NCBI RefSeq assembly: GCF_003704095.1
Contig: NW_020846339.1
Location: forward strand, 1-64,000
Direction of reading: 5' to 3'
DNA: 64,000 bases
DNA from: Pocillopora damicornis
Lineage: Eukaryota
Below the pieces are notes generated by a model, which saw only the letters and a list, made by a program, of their open reading frames with translations, searched no databases and had not been told where the DNA came from. The position numbers were made by a program, and so were the translations under genes. Below, piece by piece: positions 55,675-64,000 of this stretch (position 1 is its first letter; every line of letters starts with the position of its first letter).

Positions 55675-57628
55675 TCATGTGGCTACATCTTGTTCAACTG
55701 CCTCATTGCCACTATACTCGTGCTCTATCCCAGCTCGTGTTTCACCGTCTTGAAACTGAAACAAAGTTGGTATTAAAATAATGAGCACACTGTGTTGCTG
55801 GTAGAGCTAGAAATTACACACTGCCACAAAACCTAAGCATCTGGTGAAAAAGTGAAATTTCCCTGCTCTACTAAAAGTAAATGAAATGGAAGCTTGAACC
55901 ATCTTGGAAAATTTAAGTGGTTCTTGTCTAAAATCATACAATCATACCTTTAGTGAATGCAATAAAAATCATCTAGAATCATTCCTTAATAAAGCAAGAC
56001 TACGTAGCTTGTTGAATCTCAACCCCTTAGCCACATTTCACAACATTTTCCTGGAACATCTGCTACTTTCTTGATGTCTTCGTGTGATTATTCTTTGTTT
56101 AATTTCTCTGGAAATACTCGGCCTTTAAATTTTCACCATGAAGAGTCTTGAGGGGCAACACTGGATTTTCTGGGCTGGTAGATACGCACAGGGGTTATCA
56201 TTTGAGAAATGCTTCGAACAAAATCAGTTTCATTACTAGTAAATCACCTTGATAAGGTTTACGTTCATTGCTCCTATCTTCAAGATCATCTCTCCATCTT
56301 CATTCAATAAGTTTCCTTCCACGGTCATTTTGGAGGCGTCACTGACTGGCAAGGTGAAGACGACATTCTCTGCCAGTTTCATATGGTCGACCTTCTTTCT
56401 TTCAATCTGGAGAATAATAAATGATCAGTTACGCACTTTGTTGATCTATTACAAATTGACCCGCAGCAATGATCGTTTTCTGAAAGAAATCTGAACCAAC
56501 GTAAATGCCTCCAAGGCCAATAGATGAGCAGTTTTTTTATCATAGCCCGAGAGAAAGGACTTTGAAGAAGGCTACTGAGATAGCAAAGGATAAATTGTGA
56601 TTAGACATTGTCATTAAGGTTTCCATTTAAAGATATGGCCATCAACCAATTTATCTAGAGGAACAAGATCTTAACTTAGCAATGAAATAAATTAACCCTG
56701 AAAAAAAGTTAAAAAAATATATAATTGGGAGTCATTACCTTTTTGTCAGCGTGAAAGCCCCCCAAGAGCAATTGTGCTATAATGTTTTCCCCTTGTGTCT
56801 TCTTCCATCGGAAACTGTTTGAGTATATCTTCATTATGTTTTGGTCACGTTGCTTCTCCTATGAACAGTTCATAATAAATGGAGAGTTGATATGCTGATG
56901 CATGTTGTAGTCGCAGGGTATGAGCTTCGATTCATGGAAACTTGCTTAGGGATCGCTTTAACTGCAGCTTAAGACTAATTTATTTCCTAAAAATGATCGA
57001 TCAAAGAGTTATCTACCTAGAGTAATAACAGGTTTAACTGAATGGCTGATTGATTATTTATAGATGTTCTGTCTGTTGACTTTCCGAGTGATATAGCATA
57101 AATTTGAGCACAGCAGGTACCTTTTCTAGCGAGCAAATGTCAAATATTCTGAAAGACTGTTGAATCCGCCATATTGGATTGGCAAGATCGAAGTAAGCTT
57201 GGAACGAGTGAAAAGAAAACGAGAGAGGTGGCTGTGAAAATGATAGATTTTATGGGGGAAGTAGTCGGGTAAGTCTGTTCCAGGCTGTACTTAATCTTAT
57301 CAAACCAACATAGAACTGACTGACTTACCAATTTGTAGAATGACTGATTGACTGACTAACTGACTAACTGACTTGCTGACTGACTAACGGACTGGCTAAC
57401 TACCAAAATGGCCGACTAAGTGGCTGACTGTGCTAAAGTACCCGCACTTACTCGTAGAATATCAAGGCGGCCAGAGTCCTCCAAGGCCCTGGTGACGTAC
57501 ATGACCAGTTGGTGCAGTGATCCTGTTTCGCCATTTGTCGCCGGTCGTGCATAAGTGAAAACATCGATCATGTAATAATCGTCTTTGACGCAAGACTCTT
57601 GATCACGCAGGAAAACGTTATCAGACAT
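55675..57628 (-). CDS. Cassette gene B4 (178 aa)
   Basis: Exons 57628-57452, 56858-56739, 56406-56248, 55755-55675; frame intact; ends EQDVAT*. The original acceptor upstream of the ATG exon is deleted relative to B3. Confidence 0.82.
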
Positions 57629-58243
57629 CGCAATTCTGTGCACAGATGTTGTCAAAATTACTGGTAATGTAACGAATATGCTTAAAATTGCCGAGCTCTT
57701 TAACTGAGTCCAACAGCAATAATATCGTGTAGCTTTAATCTGGTTCTTGGCATCCTCTTGCGTAAAAATTTGCTTTAGCAGGATTCCCATTATTGAATGA
57801 CTATGGCAATTCTCGTCCATATAGTATTGTGTACGAATTTAAATTCCGAAATGAAAATTAACAGTACATAGGATAGTCGGAACTACATTCTCTGTGGTGA
57901 TTCAAACGTGTGTTTTCGGAGAGGCCACATGTGTGTGTATAAATATTGCCTTAACAAATAGGGTAGTTACCTTTGTATATATTCCGAAATTCAAAAAGAA
58001 ATTCCTCTGTAGTTTTCAATCCGGTACAAAAACTAATTTCATTACGAATAAATACTGATAATAGTCGTCTTGCCACTCCAGTAAAAGGGTTGCACTCTTC
58101 TCTGCCTGCTAGATAGCCTCTGATAGGGAGGGGAAGGGACAAATCTTTCTCCTGATGGACAAGAAATGCAGTGGACCCCAGCTAAAAATTTTGTCACGAA
58201 AAGCTTTTAGTGTGTTCACAACATTCGAAGTCACTTGACATTA

Positions 58244-59554
58244 GGGGTTTCCCCTAAAAAAAAAAATCCCACGTAAAGCATTTTCACTTTCTAGTTTATT
58301 AATGGAAACAAAGGATGTTGTCTAAGCGATCACACGAGACTCATTCTTGATATTTCTATCATAACAACCTATCAAATAGAATTAGATACTTGTAAATTAG
58401 TGCCTTAGGTGATTCTTACCCCTAGCCTTTCCGAAACCAAAATGACGTAGATGAGTTCGAATCCTTCCTGATGAATCTTTTTCGGCTGCAGTGAGTTACT
58501 CTTTGGCCCTTTGAACTGAATCTTTGATTCGCAACCGATAGCTAATTTGATCCAGTTACAATGTTTTCTTCGATGAGCCTCGATATTAGACGACTGCTCA
58601 AATCCTTGCTCCCCTATTCATGCTGAAAAAAAGCTGCCAAGCGACAAAAGCGAGCGAAATGTCTCAAGGCGGCGACCGTCTCTCTACTCTGTGCTCATTA
58701 GACAAAAGTCTCAGAGATGAATATATTTCTTTCTTTCCAGAGGTACGGGGGGAATGTCCCTATATGTACTTTCGATTTGAAAATACTCACTCCGACAATC
58801 AAGTTTCTCTTTTCTGTTATTATCATTTGTTGAGACCGAATGATTGAGAATGTTTTCCCTGTTTTGTTTTTGAATACAATTAACAACCTAGAGACTGCGG
58901 CTTTGGCGAAATAGCTCATCTCGGAAGGCATTTTTAAAAACTGCTTTATTAGCGTTTCTCGATTTATGCTCGATAGACTTGGCGTACCTAATACCGAAAG
59001 CCCTTGCCTAAGCATTTCTGAAATTTTGTTTATCAGATCTCGTGGTTTGGATGATTTCCAAAGTGGTAAAAATGTGCTTTATTGCACTTTTTTGTTTGAG
59101 AGGGAAAAACCCCGGACTTTTGTTCTTGTTTTCGATTTATTTATGTAATTTATTTTATGTAAGCCCTGTTTCAAATCATGTCCTTTACTTTGGTGCTTTT
59201 GCTAGACTCAATATTTGTAGTACAACATGGGAAAAGAGGGTAAGTTTGAGATAATAAAATCTTATAAGAAATTCAGTTTTATCTTTTGGCTATTTTTGAA
59301 CATCCGCAGAGGGCGATTCCGTGACGGCTGGTGACATACTTATATTTTAATTCTTGGTCTCTGTTTTCATTTGTTATGTAGACATTTACCTTTCGTTTTT
59401 TACTAAATGCACCTTCAGAGCTCAAATGGACACCGAAGACTACTTCGCTAGGCAATCTTGGCAACATTGAATGCCCATTTGTTCTTGTTTTTATCGCTGG
59501 TTTCGCTAAAATATGCTATGTAATCGAATGTTTTATTAATTCAGGGAAAGTCCC
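58244..59554. promoter_or_regulatory. B4/A4 bidirectional promoter with four NF-kB-like sites
   Basis: GGGGTTTCCCC 58244-58254, GGGAATGTCCC 58750-58760, GGGAAAAACCCC 59102-59113, GGGAAAGTCCC 59544-59554 (reverse complement GGGACTTTCCC, the canonical kB sequence). Confidence 0.72.
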
Positions 59555-59719
59555 TTTCCGTTTTCATTTTTCCTGTTTGGGTAATATATTGGGGACACGT
59601 ACTGGTCAAATTCCTTCCAGTTGGCACAAATCAAGCAGCACAAAGAGGGAAAGAGATGTTTGTGGTGTTGAAATTATGTAAAGTCCAAGAAAAAGCAAAA
59701 ATCCGGCCCAGCAACAAGA

Positions 59720-61878
59720 ATGCCTCCAGGTAAGACGATGCACATATTATCAACCGAGGCATAAATCTAGAGACACTGACACAAAAATTAGACTGTACCT
59801 TGCAAATGGCATAAAATGCTACATATATCTACAGTCAACGATGTATCGCCCGAAATTGAAAATATATAGATATGGAGTTATCTCCAATATATCTGTTGCT
59901 CTAAACACATGAAATAATTTTAACCTTTATGCGGAATTTTTTTTTAGTTCAGCAGAACTTTGTAGCGAACACTTCCGATCCTTTGTTTTTGTTTATTTGT
60001 ACTTCCTCTGACGCAGTCCAGGGTGTTTTTTCTGTTGTTGTTTTTTTTCTTAATCGTTATCATTATCACTGCCATCATTACCATCATCGTCACTGTCATC
60101 ATCGTTATCATTATCATCAAGTAAACAATCTATCAATTCATTATCTATCTATCACATCATCTATCGATCTATCAATCTACTTACACATTCACCTCTTTAC
60201 TTATTCATCTGGCCATTTTAAATTTAGTTAATTATTCATCTCCTTACCTTTTTCTTTAGCGTCGTTTTAGTTGTTTTTTGGACTGATATTATCTCTTTAT
60301 CTTTAACAGCAGTGATGGTAAGTGGCCGTTACGTAATAGCTCAAAATGGGCGCATTCCTCCACAGCCCATTTTGATGGAACACTGCTGTTTTATGGTAGG
60401 GGGGAACGACTGGGATATTTCTGTTAAATGCCGGCCACATTTCAATCAAAGTAAGAAAAGTAAAAAGTGGCGAAATATTAAAGAAGTGTATCCTGATGCC
60501 AAGGTGGAGACAAAACATAACGACATCCGGCTGACGTTGCCAGTGCTAGGACAAAGTCTCGAAGTGGCAGCCTTTGGAGTTCCAGGAAAAGATGACCAGA
60601 AGCGAATGCAAATGGTGATCTTTGGGAAGGAGCCAGCCAAAGCCTGTGACTGGGATATCAGAGTTTATCTGATAGATGATTCCGAAATGGCGTTCAAGGT
60701 AACACATTTACTCCTGATCTGCGTTCTACCAATTTTTATTTTTTTATTTTTTTAATAGGATTAAAGGTTAAGTCAAAAAAAGGAAGAAAAAACAAGAGAA
60801 GCTAAAGAAGAAAAGAAAGATTATTGCCTCAATGATCCTTCTGAAATATTTCACCCTCTTCTTGAATCATTCTTCTGAATTTTTTCCAGCATTTTTCTCC
60901 TAATTTAGCTTGCTCTTTGCTCGAATAAGTTGTTTTAATTTTTTTGTACGTGTTTGTTTGACNNNNNNNNNNNNNNNNNNNNNNNNNNNNNNNNNNNNNN
61001 NNNNNNNNNNNNNNNNNNNNNNNNNNNNNNNNNNNNNNNNNNNNNNNNNNNNNNNNNNNNNNAGTGAGATTAAGTTATCTACTAGTTTACTTGCAAATGA
61101 AACCAACTCGTTTGGAAGAACGGTGGTTCAAAAACAAAACAAAAACAAAACAAATAAAAAATTAATTTAGAATAAAAGGGGGAGAAAAACTGATAAGGAA
61201 TAAGTTTTACAACAACAAATGTCAGCTAGCACAATAGTTAATATTAGGATAGGCGATTTATCAGATCTCCTTACTTCATTCTACAGAAAAGTGATGCTAA
61301 GATCAACAACCCAACTGAAAAGAAGTTCAAGAACACTCTGAAGATGAACTGTTCGAAAGGTTAGACATATTTGTGCTTTTTTATGATTGTACAAAACTGT
61401 ATCAGTATGCTTTCCAGGTCAAATTTACCTATAGGTCCCCCAATCATATTTACTCAATGTCTTTTAGTTATCCTTAGGGTTAAGGAATGAAAGGAGATTT
61501 ATTCAAATTGAATAGCTCTCGCCAAACTTTATGAGAGCCGAGCCTACATTGAAAGTATAGGATGTGTAAAGATGAACACTAAAAAATATTTCTGCCGTTT
61601 AACAGACAGGTTGTTTGGTTAAAAATCCCTCAGCAGTTGACTAATGAGATGAAATGAACATCATTTCGTTTTTTTTTTCTAAAGACAACAGGCGGGCTGT
61701 CCCAAGATAGGCTGCCCTAATTCAAGCAGCTTCGTTAGTCAGAAGTGAAAATTATGAAGCTGAAAAACCTTTTGGTGGGGAATTTTCGATTAAATAATCG
61801 ATGCATTCATTCATTCAGTCATTCATTTATTTGTCCATTCATTCATTTTTATCATCAGAATCCAATGCTACTGGATGA
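59720..61878 (+). CDS. Cassette gene A4: partial ZU5 + UPA protein (exons 3-4 fall in an assembly gap)
   Basis: Visible exons 59720-59729, 60310-60698, 61287-61359, 61859-61878 (ESNATG*). The N-gap 60963-61062 replaces about 740 bp that hold exons 3-4 in A3. Confidence 0.78.
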
Positions 61879-62368
61879 AGACTCTGAGACAGTTGTATTT
61901 GTACAGCTTCTTTACAAGCCTTGCAGCTTTGTGTTAACATAATGATTTCCACCGTTCACTGTATTGACACGCTCACAAATTTCCAAAGATAACACAAAAA
62001 GGCCTCCAGTCGAATTGCAAAAATGATGGATCTAAATTTCTTTGAATAGATCTTTGCAAGGCTGAAAAAAAAAATTAAATAGTAGAATGCATCGAGTCAA
62101 ATTAAAATGTAGAAAGGGGCTGAGTTTTTGTTTTTTTTTTTTTGGCCAATTTTATGGACCAAACCTAATGCCACATTGAAATCTGTCAGCATTTTATGGG
62201 CAGTCAATTAAAAGCAAAAAAATGTCCAGCTGTTGAAAGTTTTCTTGTTTGACCTTTGTTTGACAATTCTCTTCTATGTTTTTCTTCCTTTCTCTTTTTT
62301 TCTTGTTTGTTTTTTTGTTATTTATTTTCTATATAATTTACTCTTTCATGTTATCTATACGAATTAGT

Positions 62369-62926
62369 TACGGCTTAACCCCAGTACCTCGAATTGCCAT
62401 GGGGAATTGAAATTACTTCGAGTTATTAGGGCTTTGAACAAAAAGGCCAGAAACACTAGATTAAAGAGGTTTTATGCTTATACAAGTTTCACTGGAAGAT
62501 TTCTAGAAATGTAAGAGAATAACAACGACAAAACAAAACAAAACAAAAAAAAAGCATGAAAACCACAAAAAAGTAGATGCTCTTCAGAATGTTTATAGCG
62601 CTTAATCTAATTTTAACATTTGCTCAAAAATCTATTCACATGATTGATTTGAAGGATAGTTTTCCGTTGCAAATTGTTATTGCTCATTAGTCTGCAAAAA
62701 TTAAAATCGACTTCGAGTTATCGAGGGTAAATTTTCAAAGAAAAGTACCTGAATGGAAGTAAAAATCGCTACGAGTTAGCGGGGGTTTTAAGTTAACGAG
62801 GTTTTGAGTTATAGGGGTTAAAATTACATTAAATGTATGAGGCAAATGTAAGGGAAATCAGTTTTGCTTCGAGTTAGTATGGAAATCGAGTCACCGAGGG
62901 CTCGAGTTATCGGAATTCAACTTATA
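62369..62926. mobile_element. Tigger/pogo-like MITE (degenerate); a truncated copy lies at about 50895-50945
   Basis: TAC.G..AACCCC...CTCGAA left end, repeated TCGAGTTA motifs, and CGAGTTATCGGAATTCAACT right end. Confidence 0.6.
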
Positions 62927-64000
62927 TTAATTTTTATTCCAACCAATTTTTATTTTTCTATCTTTGACTCAGTACATGTTTTCGAAAGGTGGCGAGGCAA
63001 GAAGATGTGGACTCGCTGTCGTGACGTGAGCAATTTCTGAATGAAGACTTTAAAAATAATCGTGAACTTTTCACATGAAACCATTCGACCCATTGCCTCA
63101 GGGTATCTGTACATTCAACTTAACCCCTCTCCCTCACCCCTCCTTCCCCCTGTAAGTAATGAATGAAACTTGAGCTCGGGAGAGTATAGATAAACAGTAT
63201 ACGTAACACGTTATGAACTGATACTGTATTTCATTCAAATCAATCCGATATTTACATGTTTACAGGGCAGATAAGCGTAGTTCGGACGATTAAGGCGCCT
63301 TCTGCCGTCTTAGTCGTCAACATACGGCTCCACACTTGCGCCAACCACGGTACATCACGGTCTCACGACCATGGACAGGCTCAGTCCGGACCGCCACCTC
63401 AGGCGACCAATGTAGTGCGTTTAATCGCAGCAACTCGCGCCGTCTCGAACTAAACGTTACGCGCCTCTCCGCCACTCCAATAGAACTTCTGTCCCTCCCT
63501 TTACTCAGGATTGTTGCCATGCTCCACCGCTGGTTTCGTCTCAATCAAATGAGTCTACAGAGGAAATATTTTTTTCACAAATTTAAATTTTTTTGTCAAT
63601 GAGAAACCTAATCTTCTTAAGATGGCAAGATATGAGAAAGATAACGGAGAAGGTAAGTTATGATACCAACGTTAAACTGCAGCTTCTTTATACATCACTA
63701 TCCTTTGAATGATCAGCCATGCGGGCATTGTTTCTTTTTAGCTCATTTCCCAGCAAAGTATGTTTGCAATTTTTGTTGCTGTTTGAACAATTTTTGGGCT
63801 CGGCGCTTTTCATTGAATTTTAGCGATAAATTTGTCGCGGGAAGTTTTTCCTGCCGAATTACCACTTATTCATTGCGGGTCAATTTTGTTATTCTAAATA
63901 GATAAAACTATGTCACCAAAAGATGTTATAATTATAATTTAATTCAGAGCTTGATTCTTCATAGATTAATTACGCACGTTATCATTTCATTATTGTTTTT

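Noticed and set aside
60963-61062. A4 as an internally deleted pseudogene
   Set aside because: The missing exons coincide exactly with a 100-N placeholder gap, and the visible exons are intact.
40535-62418. Cassettes 3 and 4 (or 1 and 2) as mis-assembled alleles
   Set aside because: Many substitutions, private insertions and gap-free junctions favour true paralogues. Read depth is still needed to confirm.

Overview
AT-rich, intron-containing animal DNA. Its repeat families look like those of a cnidarian, probably a stony coral (inference). There are five N-gaps. The left part holds a decayed RAG1/Chapaev/Transib-like RING-transposase (about 0.5-3.2 kb, minus strand) and a head-to-head housekeeping pair, spermidine synthase (SRM, minus) and cyclophilin H (PPIH, plus); both were reconstructed exon by exon. 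The rest (about 15.3-62.9 kb) is a tandem array of four cassettes of roughly 10-13 kb. Each cassette is a divergently transcribed gene pair. Gene A (plus strand, 6 coding exons, about 270 aa) encodes the C-terminal half of a ZU5 domain plus a UPA domain of UNC5/PIDD/FIIND type, with no death domain, transmembrane segment or signal peptide. Gene B (minus strand, 4 coding exons, 177-178 aa) is an orphan that may be a stand-alone, divergent UPA-like fold. Every shared A/B intergenic region carries several NF-kB-like sites, and some carry ISRE-like motifs. Seven of the eight genes have complete open frames; A4 has two exons in an assembly gap. The best candidate for an undescribed system is this putatively NF-kB-inducible, effector-less ZU5-UPA/UPA-like pair. 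The window also contains MITEs, LINE ends, minisatellites and two degenerate hammerhead ribozyme motifs. All domain calls come from motif recognition, not database searches.
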